A stretch of 27,654 nucleotides of DNA from an uncultured Deferribacteres bacterium (GCA_964014485.1 CAXHAT010000097.1:1-27654); one strand, 5' to 3'. Shown: positions 6,368 through 16,410, counted from the stretch's first letter. Numbers and translations: made by a program. Notes: generated from the letters alone by a model not told the origin.

Positions 6368-8682
6368 TGAAAAAAGCATTATGGATCGTTGGAATTTTAG
6401 TCGTTTTGATCCTTGTCTTTGCCTATGCGCCAATCCCCGGGCTGGACGGCGGCCTTCAGCGCGCTGACGGCTATCAAGGAAAAACCATCAGCGGTGACAC
6501 GCCGGACGAACGCGCGGAGGCGCTTTGGGATTTGATCGAGTCAAGTAACAATTTACAACGCCCTTTTCCTGAAATATTCGAGCGTATCGACAACCCGCTC
6601 TCAGTAGAAAAAATCGAATTGGGGCGATTGCTTTACTTCGATCCCGTGCTCTCCGGCGACAATGACGTTTCCTGCGCGCATTGCCATCACCCCGATCTGG
6701 GATTTTCCGACAATCTCGGCCAATCCATGGGCAAAGGCGGCAAAGGCCTGGGACGCGACCGCAAAGGCGGGGCGGTTCTGCGGCGCGGTTCGCCGACCAC
6801 CTGGAACGCGGCCTTCAATCACCGGCAGTTCTGGGACGGACGCGCCGCTGATTTGGAAGATCAGGCTGAAAAGCCAATCACCGATCCCAATGAAATGACG
6901 CAAGATCCCGATGAATTAATTGAAGAACTCAAGGCCATCCCCGGCTACGTCGATCTATTCAAGAAAAGCTTTCCGGGACGCAACGGCAGTTCGATTTCGA
7001 TGCAAACGGTCACCTACGCCATCGGCGCGTTTGAGCGCACGCTGATTTCCAATAACTCGCGTTTTGACAAATACACGCGCGGCGAAGTGCAAGCGCTCTC
7101 GCCGCAGGAACGGCGCGGCTTGAACGTTTTTCGCAGTTTGAAAACGCGCTGTTTTGAGTGCCACAATTTCCCAACATTCGCCAATCCCGATTTCAAAGTC
7201 GTCGGCGTGCCGGACGTCGATCCTGAAAATCCCGATCTCGGACGCGGCGAGTTTGACGGCGAAGGCTACAATCGCGCTTTTAAAGTACCGACCCTGCGTA
7301 ACATCGCGCTGACCGCGCCCTACATGCACAACGGCGTGTTCGAAACCCTCGAAGAAGTGATCGATTTTTACGCGGACGGCGGCGGCCCAGGGCAGGGTCT
7401 CGACGTGCCGAATCTCGACGACAAGATTCGTAAATTCAAGCTCACGGATCAGGAAAAGCAGGCCTTGATCGCTTTTCTGCATTCTTTGACCGACGAGTCG
7501 AACAAGCCGGAAATTCCCAAAAACGTGCCGTCCGGTCTGCCGGTTGTTTCAGCCCTTGCCAACCAGTCCGCGGAAATGGCGGCGTTTAAGCCGGCGCCTC
7601 CGCGCAAACGCAATTCCGGCGTGCGCAAAAACGGAACGCGCGTCATCGTTAAGGCCGGGCAATTGATTCAAGACGGCGTTGACATGGCCGCTGAAGGCGA
7701 CACGGTTTTGGTCATGCCGGGAACTTATCACGAAACCGTCACGGTCGACATGCGCAATCTCACGCTTTTGGGCGTGGAAAAAGACGGCCAGCGCCCGGTT
7801 TTCGACGGCCGCCACGAACTGCCGGACGCACTCGTCGGCTCGGCAAGCAATTTTGAAATGCGTAATTTTGAGGTGAAAAACTACACAGCGAACGGCGTGA
7901 TGATCAACGGCGGGGTCGGCGTGACTTTTCGCGATTTGTACGTGGAAGACACCAGTTTGTACGGCATTTATCCGGTTGAATGTGTCGGCGTAACGGTGGA
8001 GCGCTGCACCGTGACCAAAGTCAAAGACGCCGGAATTTACGTCGGCCAATCGAAAGACATCGTGGTGCGTGATTGCGTGGCCTACGGCAACGTCGCCGGG
8101 ATTGAGATCGAGAATTCGGTGAACGCGGTGGTGGAAAATTGCGAGGCTTACAACAATTCCGGCGGCGTCTTGGTGTTCATGCTGCCGAACAATCCGTCGA
8201 AAGTGTCGCGCGGCTGCAAGGTGATCAACAACAAGGTTTACGACAACAACCACGTCAATTTCGGCGACCCGAATTCGAGCGTTGGGCAATTGCCCTCGGG
8301 TGCGGGAATCACGGTCATGGCTGGAGACGAAGTTGAGGTGACCGGCAACGAGATTCGCGACAACGGCTCTTACGGCATTGCGGTGGTGAGCCTCAATTCC
8401 TTCTTCGCCGCCGGGACGCAATTCGATGTCGATCCGTTCCCGGAAAACAACCGCATCTACGGCAACACGATGGTTAACAACGGAACCAATCCGTCTGAAA
8501 AATTCAAAAAGAACGGTATTCCTGGAGCGGAGTTGGTTTGGGACATGACCGGCAGCGGCAATCATTGGGATCAGCCCGAGGCAAGCTCGTTCCCGTCGTT
8601 TCTGCCAAACGAAAATCGGCTTGGCCTCACGAACCGTATAGGAACGCGATTTTGGCAAGTGGTTGCGAAAGTCGCGAATTGA
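6364..8682 (+). CDS. Di-heme cytochrome c peroxidase/MauG-family domain fused to a parallel beta-helix domain
   Basis: Two CxxCH (CAHCH, CFECH), [29 protein letters not shown]...TAPYMHNG; C-terminal half with [29 protein letters not shown] repeats (TIGR03805-like); N-terminal signal/anchor. Confidence 0.88.
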   Translation: MMKKALWIVGILVVLILVFAYAPIPGLDGGLQRADGYQGKTISGDTPDERAEALWDLIESSNNLQRPFPEIFERIDNPLSVEKIELGRLLYFDPVLSGDNDVSCAHCHHPDLGFSDNLGQSMGKGGKGLGRDRKGGAVLRRGSPTTWNAAFNHRQFWDGRAADLEDQAEKPITDPNEMTQDPDELIEELKAIPGYVDLFKKSFPGRNGSSISMQTVTYAIGAFERTLISNNSRFDKYTRGEVQALSPQERRGLNVFRSLKTRCFECHNFPTFANPDFKVVGVPDVDPENPDLGRGEFDGEGYNRAFKVPTLRNIALTAPYMHNGVFETLEEVIDFYADGGGPGQGLDVPNLDDKIRKFKLTDQEKQALIAFLHSLTDESNKPEIPKNVPSGLPVVSALANQSAEMAAFKPAPPRKRNSGVRKNGTRVIVKAGQLIQDGVDMAAEGDTVLVMPGTYHETVTVDMRNLTLLGVEKDGQRPVFDGRHELPDALVGSASNFEMRNFEVKNYTANGVMINGGVGVTFRDLYVEDTSLYGIYPVECVGVTVERCTVTKVKDAGIYVGQSKDIVVRDCVAYGNVAGIEIENSVNAVVENCEAYNNSGGVLVFMLPNNPSKVSRGCKVINNKVYDNNHVNFGDPNSSVGQLPSGAGITVMAGDEVEVTGNEIRDNGSYGIAVVSLNSFFAAGTQFDVDPFPENNRIYGNTMVNNGTNPSEKFKKNGIPGAELVWDMTGSGNHWDQPEASSFPSFLPNENRLGLTNRIGTRFWQVVAKVAN

Positions 8683-8724
8683 ATTCATGTTAATTCTTGA
8701 TGCATTGATAACTTGGAGCGGCTA

Positions 8725-9327
8725 ATGGACAAAAAAAATAGCAGCGATTTAGAGACGACGGAACTGCAAGACGCGCATCTCAGCGAAATGCTGCGGTTTA
8801 ACACGCACGTTGCGATTGAAGCTCAAAAACTGTTCTCGGAATATTCCGAAACGCAATTGATCTGGCGGCCTGACGCCAAGACCTGGAACATTGTCTCTTG
8901 CTTCAGACATCTCACGACAACCTGCGAGCTTTACTTGCCGCGATTGGAAGAAACGGCTCATTCAGTGAGTGAGAAGGGCCTGAGAAAATCCGGCGAATTT
9001 AAGCCGACCTGGTTCGGCAATTTTTTCATAGGCATGCTCATGCCGGAAAAGACGCGCAAACTCAAAGCGCCTAAAGCCTTTAAGCCTGCGTCAGATTTCA
9101 ATGATCTCGCTGTAAAAAGAGATTTTTTCAATGTTCAGGAAAAAATCAACGAGGTCATCCGCAGCGCAGACGGACTCGATTTAAACCGCACAAAATTTAC
9201 TTCCCCTGTCTCTCGATTGGTCAAACTAACATTAGGCGAAGGTTTCTGGCTCGTCGTGACGCACAACCGGCGGCACTTATTGCAAGCGCAGAACCTCACA
9301 AAACATCCCGGCTTTCCTAAAGCCTGA
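8725..9327 (+). CDS. DinB family protein
   Basis: L.W.P....W.I..C..HL and H..RH..QA motifs; SD GGAG at 8715-8718 supports ATG 8725. Confidence 0.8.
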   Translation: MDKKNSSDLETTELQDAHLSEMLRFNTHVAIEAQKLFSEYSETQLIWRPDAKTWNIVSCFRHLTTTCELYLPRLEETAHSVSEKGLRKSGEFKPTWFGNFFIGMLMPEKTRKLKAPKAFKPASDFNDLAVKRDFFNVQEKINEVIRSADGLDLNRTKFTSPVSRLVKLTLGEGFWLVVTHNRRHLLQAQNLTKHPGFPKA

Positions 9328-9330
9328 TTT

Positions 9331-10176
9331 ATGAACGAAAAATCCACCCCAAAACGCGGCTTCCTGATTCCAATCGGCGGTGCGGAAGACAGGAGCGAAA
9401 ACAGTCCGATTCTTTCACGGGTGTTACAATATTTTGGGGGCAAGGATGCTCGAATCGTCATTATTCCAACGGCCTCGCAACAAACTGAAAAAGCGTTTGA
9501 GCACTATGCCGATCTTTTCAAAGGATTGGGGGCAGCCAGCGTCGATTCAATGAATCCATCAGATCGCGTTGAGGCGAATGCGAAAAAACTGGCTCAAAAG
9601 CTTGACCAAGCATCGGGCGTCTTTTTAACCGGCGGCAACCAAGTGCGTTTGTCTTCAATTTTGGGAGGGACATTGCTTTCCGAAAAATTGAAAGCGCGTT
9701 TTGCCGAAGGCGTTTCAGTGGCGGGCACCAGCGCCGGGGCTTCGATTCAATGCCAGCACATGATCGCTTACGGCAAAAGCGGCTCCGCGCCGAGACTGCG
9801 CATGCTGCAAATGGCGCCGGGATTTGGCTTGATCGAAAGCGTGATCATTGATCAGCATTTCCGCCAGCGCCACAGGATTGGCCGTTTGCAAACCGCCGTT
9901 TCCCTAAATCCGCGCTTGCTCGGCGTCGGCTTGGACGAAAACACTGCCGCAGTCATCCGGCCGGACAATACGCTTGAAGTTTTCGGCGCAGGCGCCGCCA
10001 CCATTATCGACGGCAGCCAGATGCTTTATTCGGACGTGTATAAAATAAAACCGCGCAGGCCAGTCGCCATGGTTGGGATGATCATGCATGTATTGACGGA
10101 AGGGCTGGGCTATAATATTGAGACGCGAGAGCCGAAGTTGCAGGCGGTTGGAAAGTCAATCACCAGCGGCGGTTAA
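9331..10176 (+). CDS. cphB: Cyanophycinase (peptidase S51)
   Basis: IGGAED, IPTAS, TGGNQ.RL, GTSAGA (Ser), DQHF.QR.R.GRL (His), GLDENT (Glu). Confidence 0.88.
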   Translation: MNEKSTPKRGFLIPIGGAEDRSENSPILSRVLQYFGGKDARIVIIPTASQQTEKAFEHYADLFKGLGAASVDSMNPSDRVEANAKKLAQKLDQASGVFLTGGNQVRLSSILGGTLLSEKLKARFAEGVSVAGTSAGASIQCQHMIAYGKSGSAPRLRMLQMAPGFGLIESVIIDQHFRQRHRIGRLQTAVSLNPRLLGVGLDENTAAVIRPDNTLEVFGAGAATIIDGSQMLYSDVYKIKPRRPVAMVGMIMHVLTEGLGYNIETREPKLQAVGKSITSGG

Positions 10177-10496
10177 ATTGTTTCGTATGGTGAAACTACT
10201 GGGCCCAAGATGAGAAAGCACGACAATTCCACCTGATGTTACGCGCGGCAACGCACATCCTGAATCTTGGAGCAAACATCGTCTCATTAGCGCCGGGCTT
10301 CTTCGCCTAATGACGTGCTAAATGCCCATTTTATTCGCTTCCGCCGCGTTAGAGCGCCCTGAAGAGAAGAGATGGTCGTCTTCCAGAATTTCTGCTCTGT
10401 AGGATACTGTTGACGAATTCAAAATTCACGGGGAAAGTAGATGACGCGAGGAGATTCTTATTATATCAATTTCCATAGTTTGATATCCACACTTGG

Positions 10497-10564
10497 CCTG
10501 TCATTCAGGAGGAACCTATGCCATCGCGAGCATTGGACGACATAGATTCCTTCTGAATGACAGG
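10497..10564. repeat. REP-like inverted repeat (GTCATTC...GAATGAC type)
   Basis: 24-nt arms at 10497-10520 and 10541-10564 match 22/24; degenerate pairing extends out to about 10464-10597. Confidence 0.8.
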
Positions 10565-10595
10565 TCAGGTATGTACATAAAATCACGAAAAATGA

Positions 10596-10723
10596 CATTA
10601 GCTGCGCGCTTCAGCGCGTACGCATGAGTGCAATCTCATCCCCCTTTTCCTCGCCGAATTAACTCGGCGGGAGCAAAAGAAGAGCGCTCGACCGGGTCCA
10701 CGCGCTGAAGCGCGCGGCTAATG
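10596..10723. repeat. REPIN/MITE-like element, copy 1
   Basis: Arms CATTAGCTGCGCGCTTCAGCGCGT (10596-10619) and 10700-10723 match 23/24; internal hairpin at 10652-10669; similar copy at 27550. Confidence 0.9.
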
Positions 10724-10866
10724 AGACGTCCGGGCAATCAGGCCTGAACGATCTGGAATTCGCCAACGAAGTCGAACAGCCAATGTAGCGTTGATTCGAG
10801 ATATTTTTGCGCTAAAAGCCAGAAAGCCGTGCGCGGCTCTCTGAGTATAATTCTTGAAAGAACGAG

Positions 10867-12741
10867 TTATTTCAAAAGTAACATTCGGCCTGTGACATCG
10901 GGATTGCTATTTCGACCAGCCCGCAAGCGATAGAAATAGATTCCGGAACTGACCGGGCGTGCATTCAAGTCCGTTCCGTCCCAGCTTATCGTTTTTTGTC
11001 CAGGATTAGAAAAGACTTTGTGGATTTTTTTTATGATTTCGCCTCGGATATTGATAATCAACAATTCAACATCGCCTGATTCACGAAGTAGAATTTGAAA
11101 ACGAGTCGCGTGATTAAACGGATTGGGATACTGGCCCAAGAATCGGAGCGTTTCGGGTTCGACTTGACGAATCTCAAAAGAAGGCGCAATATCGGTCACG
11201 AGCCCAAACCGTTCTCGCAAGTGAATCGTTTGATTAATTTCAACATTTTCGACAACATCGACCTCACCGCTTGGCCATAAAACCTCGATGCGCTCGGCCA
11301 TTTGAGCTGAACCCAAGCCGAAATGCACCGGCAAAATACTTTGTCCAAGAAACTGTGCGCCGTGATTGTATTTTGAGATGCGCTTGCCTTCCGCTTGAAC
11401 CGTGATCACACCGCCGATTCCGAATCGATTTGAGCTAACCCCTTCCAATTCCACCTTCAGCCAATTGCCTTGCGAAGTTATGTTCTCATACAATGCCGGA
11501 ATTTCAAAGAAATTTGAGATCAGCAGGTCTGAGTCGCCGTCTTTGTCGTAATCAAAAGTAACAACGCCGCGAGCGGCTTGGCTGTCAGCAATGCCGGAAG
11601 CATGGGATATTTCAGAGAAAACCGGATTGTCCGATGTTGATTTGTTCACGAACAATTCGTTTACAAAATCAGCTTGAAAGTTGCCCGTTGCCACAACAAG
11701 ATCATCGTCGCCGTCGTTCTCAAGGTCAAAAAATTCCGTTCCCCAGCCCCAGCCCGCCAAAGAAACGCCGGCGTCCACTGAACCGTTTGTAAAGAAGTTC
11801 TGTCCTGTATTCAGAAAGAGCGGATTGATCTCCACATCAGAACCCGCCTCGGTGATGTTGGTCAAATAGACGTCGAACAAGCCGTTGCCGTCGCAATCGG
11901 ATACGGCCAAGCCCATGCCGTGAAATTCGTCTTCCAAGCCAAACTCACTGGTCTTTTCCGAAAAGGTCTTGTCGCCGTTGTTGAGATAAAATGTGTTCGG
12001 CCCGAAGTCATTCGCCAGGTAAAGATCAAAATGACCGTCGCCATTGGCGTCGAACGCGATTGTCGTCCACGTTGCGCCGGAATCTCCGGCGCCGCTGGCT
12101 TCGGTAACATCCAGGAACGCTTCATTTCCGATATTTTCGTACAATCGATTTCGCCTGTCAGTGTCTTGATTGCCGGAATAATCGCCGTAGGTTGAAACGT
12201 ACAAGTCCAAATCGCCGTCACGATCGTAATCGAACCATAAGGCGCTGCTGCTCAAATGAACTTTGCCGCCAGCGAGACCAGCCTGCGTCGTAACGTCGGT
12301 GAAAGTTCCGTCGGAATTATTGCGATAGAGTTGATCGGGACCGAAATGGGTTAAAAAGATGTCCGGCCAGCCGTCATTGTTATAATCGCCCCAGGACGCG
12401 CCCATTTTTTGTCCCATGCCCGTCGGGTTCGAAATCGTACTGGAATCACGTCCGGCAATCCCGGCGATTGGCGTCATGTCTTGAAATGAGCCGTTGCCCA
12501 AATTCGCGAACAACCGATTCCAGGTGCTCGGCCGATTCGCTCGAAATCGGTCTTTGACGACAAAATAGACATCCAGATCGCCGTCGCGATCATAGTCGGC
12601 CACAGCAACGCCGTTCGTTCCTTTTACAATTTCAAAGTCCGCGTTTTGCGAGCGCTTTTGAAAATTCTGAGCCGCAACGGGCGACATGAGAGTTAGGGTA
12701 ATTAAGGCGTTCAGGAAGGAAATTAGCTTGGCATGATTCAT
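10867..12741 (-). CDS. Secreted FG-GAP/VCBS-repeat + ASPIC/UnbV protein with YPNPFN/FlgD-like C-terminal domain
   Basis: Repeated DYDRDGDLD-type Ca-binding blades; WL.V.L.G..SNR.GIG...HFGLG..W PSG (ASPIC/UnbV); YPNPFN...WDG.D....VSSGIYFY. Start probably ATG 12741. Confidence 0.88.
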   Translation of the reverse strand: MNHAKLISFLNALITLTLMSPVAAQNFQKRSQNADFEIVKGTNGVAVADYDRDGDLDVYFVVKDRFRANRPSTWNRLFANLGNGSFQDMTPIAGIAGRDSSTISNPTGMGQKMGASWGDYNNDGWPDIFLTHFGPDQLYRNNSDGTFTDVTTQAGLAGGKVHLSSSALWFDYDRDGDLDLYVSTYGDYSGNQDTDRRNRLYENIGNEAFLDVTEASGAGDSGATWTTIAFDANGDGHFDLYLANDFGPNTFYLNNGDKTFSEKTSEFGLEDEFHGMGLAVSDCDGNGLFDVYLTNITEAGSDVEINPLFLNTGQNFFTNGSVDAGVSLAGWGWGTEFFDLENDGDDDLVVATGNFQADFVNELFVNKSTSDNPVFSEISHASGIADSQAARGVVTFDYDKDGDSDLLISNFFEIPALYENITSQGNWLKVELEGVSSNRFGIGGVITVQAEGKRISKYNHGAQFLGQSILPVHFGLGSAQMAERIEVLWPSGEVDVVENVEINQTIHLRERFGLVTDIAPSFEIRQVEPETLRFLGQYPNPFNHATRFQILLRESGDVELLIINIRGEIIKKIHKVFSNPGQKTISWDGTDLNARPVSSGIYFYRLRAGRNSNPDVTGRMLLLK

Positions 12742-12793
12742 AGGGATGCAGCAAAAAAAGCTTTCCAAGTCAACGTTTGCCTTTCAGTCGTAT

Positions 12794-13114
12794 TTATCGG
12801 AATCTTCGCTTCAAGAGCGCTTGCAAATCCCGCTTCTCATGGATAACGGCAAGCACTTCAACCGTCCGTTCTCCAACGTCATAAAGAATCCGATAAACGC
12901 TTTCATTGACCTGACGCAGATCCAGACCGAGCGCTCGTGCATCATTCGGCTGACGCCCGCGGTAAGGAAAGTTTTCGAGTGATTCACATTTGTTGATGAT
13001 TCGCTCGTGGATATTATCGGCGCGTGAAAAGCCGCTGGCTTCTCCGATGTACTCATAAATGTCACGCAAATCGTAACGCGCCTGCTCGGAAATGACGACT
13101 TCAAAGTTCCCCAT
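12794..13114 (-). CDS. ParE/RelE-family toxin
   Basis: V.ISEQA..DL.DIY.YI, L..FP.RGR, YRI.Y......V.VLAV.H..RD. Confidence 0.88.
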   Translation of the reverse strand: MGNFEVVISEQARYDLRDIYEYIGEASGFSRADNIHERIINKCESLENFPYRGRQPNDARALGLDLRQVNESVYRILYDVGERTVEVLAVIHEKRDLQALLKRRFR

Positions 13115-13376
13115 GCCGCGTCTTAATCTCTTTTATGTCTTCAGCAACAACTTTTTTGAACTCTTCCAGCGTATAAAAATTGCCTTTTTTGATATCGGCT
13201 TTGCGTTCTATAACGAGCTGCAAAAAGTTGAGCTGATGTTCCAGATCGTGCAATTGTTCGGCGCTAAGCAGCACGAATTCCGCACCGTTGTTGCGGATGC
13301 GAACGGTGTCGCCGCGTTCCGCGTTCTCGAAGTCTTTCGCGCTGATGGTGTAATCGTCGATCATGCCTGACCTCAT
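13101..13376 (-). CDS. Phd/YefM-like antitoxin
   Basis: TVRIRNNGAEFVLLSAEQLHDLE...ADIKKG.FYTLEE; acidic 91 aa; overlaps the ParE gene by 14 nt. Confidence 0.7.
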   Translation of the reverse strand: MRSGMIDDYTISAKDFENAERGDTVRIRNNGAEFVLLSAEQLHDLEHQLNFLQLVIERKADIKKGNFYTLEEFKKVVAEDIKEIKTRHGEL

Positions 13377-13400
13377 CTCGATTTGTGTAATAATAATGAA

Positions 13401-13572
13401 CTAACATTTCTCACTTCGAATTGAGGCTAAATCAGAGTTTTTCAGGCAAAAGATGAAGAACAGAATTCAGAGCCACGCTCGAGCTTTGTTCAAAAATCGC
13501 CACTGTACACCTGATTCTAAAATTTTTATAAATAGAAGTTTATGGTCTCTGAAATGAAGTGAGAAATGTTAG
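13401..13572. mobile_element. MITE (172 bp) with perfect 17-bp TIRs and 7-bp target-site duplication
   Basis: CTAACATTTCTCACTTC (13401-13417) / GAAGTGAGAAATGTTAG (13556-13572); TAATGAA at both 13394-13400 and 13573-13579; no coding capacity. Confidence 0.88.
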
Positions 13573-13595
13573 TAATGAATAAATTCCAACTAATT

Positions 13596-13626
13596 TGATT
13601 ATACAATCATTTACACCGCAAATCAA
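13596..13626 (-). promoter_or_regulatory. Sigma-70 promoter of the Phd/ParE operon with overlapping operator-like palindrome
   Basis: TTGATT (13626-13621)-N17-TATAAT (13603-13598); TGATT-N4-AATCA palindrome at 13596-13609 covers the -10. Confidence 0.7.
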
Positions 13627-13651
13627 GACACATCGCTATGAAAAGTTATTC

Positions 13652-13704
13652 AAAAAAACAGGGTGGCCGGGAAGCTGTTTGATTCGCTTCGCCGACCACC
13701 CTGT
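13652..13704 (-). terminator. Rho-independent terminator after the beta-helix/CBM gene
   Basis: ACAGGGTGG...CCACCCTGT stem followed by a T-run on the minus strand, about 36 nt after the stop at 13741. Confidence 0.75.
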
Positions 13705-13740
13705 ATTCGTTTTGAACGCTTAGAAGAAAACCCGGTGGAT

Positions 13741-16296
13741 TTACTTGATCAATGTCATCTTATGCGCTCGGACAAAATCACCGGCTTTGATGCGATAAAA
13801 ATATAGGCCGGTAGACATCTGTCGTCCGCCCTCGTCTTTTCCGTCCCACTGGATGGCGTAGCGTCCGGCGGGCTGCACTTGATTGGCAATCAGGGAGCGT
13901 ACACGCTGCCCCAACACATTAAAAACTTCAAGCGAAACTTCCGCGGATTTGCCAAGATTGTAGCTGATTGTCGTGGTCGGGTTAAACGGATTCGGATAGT
14001 TTTGCGCCAATGCGAATGTGCCGGGCACAAACTCGTCTTCGATACCGACGGAGGTGCCGGAAACTTGCAGAATCTGGAGGAAATCCAGACTCACGCCCGG
14101 TGCGTCAACCACGAAAGACGTCGCGCCTGCCGTCAATTGAAATTGGTCGCTGAAAACATCGGCGGTGTCCGCCCCAAAACTCGCCATGCTGACAACGGCG
14201 CCGTTCGCCGAGATCGTTCCCGTGGTTGCTGAAGACGAAGCGTAGAACATGCGTATCATGTACGTGCCGCCAGCAGGAACGTCAAAACCAAAGGAGAGAT
14301 TGCCTGTTCCGATTGCAAGTTCGACTGATTTGAATTGGCTGGGCACCCAGTCCAACGGGTCGCCATTCTCATCTTCAGCGTGCGGCGTGAGTCCTGCCGA
14401 AACGGCGTCGGCGGGAGAAAGAGTAATCGTATCTGTTCCGACGATCACGGTTAAGTCCGCAAAGTTTTGGAAACCCCAAGACGGCGAAAGACGAATTTTG
14501 TTCTCGCCAGCCGGCAAATCCATCGCTTCCGTTCCTGTGACCACACTGTCTTGCGTAATGAGTGATGTAAACCATTCGTTCGCCGGATCACCGCGAGAAA
14601 CTGACCAAAAATACTCGCCATATTGCATCGTGTTCTTTATTTCCGTGTCGTTGACAAAGATTCTGTTGCCTCGATCATTATTGCCGCGGAGATGCGTAAG
14701 CAACATAAATTCGGCTACTCCGGCGTTGGGAACGTCGAAAGTCCATTCCATAGAGCCGCTGCCGTCCATCTGGTAATAAAGAAAGCCGTCCGCCGTGTTG
14801 ATCGTCGCGCCTTCGCCAATGGTTTGCCATTCGGCTTCCAGTGTTGAGAGTACATCGATTTTCGGGGCCGATGTAAGATTTTCGACGCCCATGATGTACG
14901 TATCTTTATTGGCTTCGAAATCCGCTTTGGCGTCCGGGAACCAGTTGAGATCGCCAACCGGCAGGCCATCGGTGCCGCCCGTCAGCAAAGTCGCATTGGT
15001 GTAAGAAAAATCTTCCGGCAAAGGCCAGACGTTCAGCACTGGATCCGCTTCACGGCCCGGATCCCAGAAATAGACTGCCGCTGGAATGGTTTGCGGGTCG
15101 TTGTAGAGATCGAGAATATGCTGAAACATATCATTGATGATGTCATCCGCAATGTAGGTCGTTAGCTCGGGATTAACGTCCATGTAATTATTCTGCATCA
15201 CCATATTGTCCCACGCGGCGAACCAACCAGCGGTGGTGTCATTGATGAATGGTTGTGCCTGGATGGGCTGTGTATCGCCCATGGGAATATTGTTGGCGTA
15301 GAAATCGGTAAATCGCGGATCACGCCAGTAGCTGTTATTCGCCAGGGCAATTTGGCGTTCGAAGTTGGTGCCGAAGCGTGCGGGCAGTTCGCCAATTGCA
15401 AAGAATCCGCTAAAAAGCTGCTCGCGATTCGGGTCTTCAACCTGTCCCTGATCGTCGCCGTGCCAATAAGGATTTACGAATACGTTGTTGGTGATATAGG
15501 CTTCTTTCCAAAGCGCGCCGGCCTGAAAATTCCGTCCGATGTTAACCAGTGTGTTGTGGTTAAAACGGAAATAATTGGCTGGCTCCGCTTCAGATTGAAA
15601 CGGGGTAAAACCAATATTAAAAAACGTGTTGTTTTCGAAAACAACCGTATCCGCGCCCGCTTCCAAGCGAATGCCGAGGCCTTCCCAAATCTGTGTCGGG
15701 CCGAAAATATTGCGGAATTTGCTGTTGGTGATATAGAAGTCGCAATCGCGTCCGTTTGGCCCGAGATGGTGCCAGTTGTTACGATCGAAGACGACATTAT
15801 CGAAGGTGAAGCGCGAATTCGACGCGTCGAGCTGGAAGGGCTCGTAGCTGGTCAGCGTGCCCTGGTCAGTCTGACCCATCACCCAGATGTGCTGCATGGT
15901 AAGGTGACTGCCTTCGCCGCTGTTGCGGAACATTTTGCCGTCGGGCGGAGAGCCGTCGTCGCGCGCAACCCTTTGCAAGATTGCAGGGCCGAAATCTTCT
16001 TCACCCACCGGAACGTCGTCTTCGGTTTCGCCAACCAGGCGGAGGTGAAAACCGTTAAACTCGATGGCGTCCGTAATCCAATAAAAGCCGCCGCGTTTGA
16101 GCACATACACCCGGTCTTCGGGGCGCTCCGTGTCATTCGCGATGGCGTCGCGCAGCGCATTGACAACCGGCTCAAATGAACCGGGGCTGGTTTCCCACTC
16201 GACAACCAGCGGACTTTGCGCCGCCGCCGTTTGCACCCACAAGCAGACGACGCCGCACATGAGCATAGGGAGAAGCTTTCTGTAAGAAAGTTTCAT
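13741..16296 (-). CDS. Large secreted protein: beta-helix-like N-terminal region, two CBM6/35-like modules, YPNPFN/FlgD-like C-terminal domain
   Basis: SD GGAGGT at 16301-16306; signal peptide; repeated F.NNTF/NHNT/NNVF turns; GTDGLPVGDLNWF; twin FDVPNAG/FDVPAGG modules; LAQNYPNPFNPTT.I...WDGKD..G..STGLYFY. Confidence 0.8.
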   Translation of the reverse strand: MKLSYRKLLPMLMCGVVCLWVQTAAAQSPLVVEWETSPGSFEPVVNALRDAIANDTERPEDRVYVLKRGGFYWITDAIEFNGFHLRLVGETEDDVPVGEEDFGPAILQRVARDDGSPPDGKMFRNSGEGSHLTMQHIWVMGQTDQGTLTSYEPFQLDASNSRFTFDNVVFDRNNWHHLGPNGRDCDFYITNSKFRNIFGPTQIWEGLGIRLEAGADTVVFENNTFFNIGFTPFQSEAEPANYFRFNHNTLVNIGRNFQAGALWKEAYITNNVFVNPYWHGDDQGQVEDPNREQLFSGFFAIGELPARFGTNFERQIALANNSYWRDPRFTDFYANNIPMGDTQPIQAQPFINDTTAGWFAAWDNMVMQNNYMDVNPELTTYIADDIINDMFQHILDLYNDPQTIPAAVYFWDPGREADPVLNVWPLPEDFSYTNATLLTGGTDGLPVGDLNWFPDAKADFEANKDTYIMGVENLTSAPKIDVLSTLEAEWQTIGEGATINTADGFLYYQMDGSGSMEWTFDVPNAGVAEFMLLTHLRGNNDRGNRIFVNDTEIKNTMQYGEYFWSVSRGDPANEWFTSLITQDSVVTGTEAMDLPAGENKIRLSPSWGFQNFADLTVIVGTDTITLSPADAVSAGLTPHAEDENGDPLDWVPSQFKSVELAIGTGNLSFGFDVPAGGTYMIRMFYASSSATTGTISANGAVVSMASFGADTADVFSDQFQLTAGATSFVVDAPGVSLDFLQILQVSGTSVGIEDEFVPGTFALAQNYPNPFNPTTTISYNLGKSAEVSLEVFNVLGQRVRSLIANQVQPAGRYAIQWDGKDEGGRQMSTGLYFYRIKAGDFVRAHKMTLIK

Positions 16297-16410
16297 GGTC
16301 ACCTCCAATCTTGGTGGTTAAGGGTATTTAGTGAATTGTGGAACGTCTTTTTGAAGCCGGATGTTTGTAGAGACTTATCGCATTCTCGAATGATTCATGA
16401 CCGCCGACAG

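Noticed and set aside
6364..7560. Assigning mauG, ccpA or mbnH
   Set aside because: No mau/mbn context, and the distal heme ligand cannot be determined by eye.
7549..8688. 379-aa minus-strand ORF (likewise 15253-16179 and 23470-24753)
   Set aside because: Antisense to well-supported genes; typical stop-poor shadow frames with no recognisable motifs.
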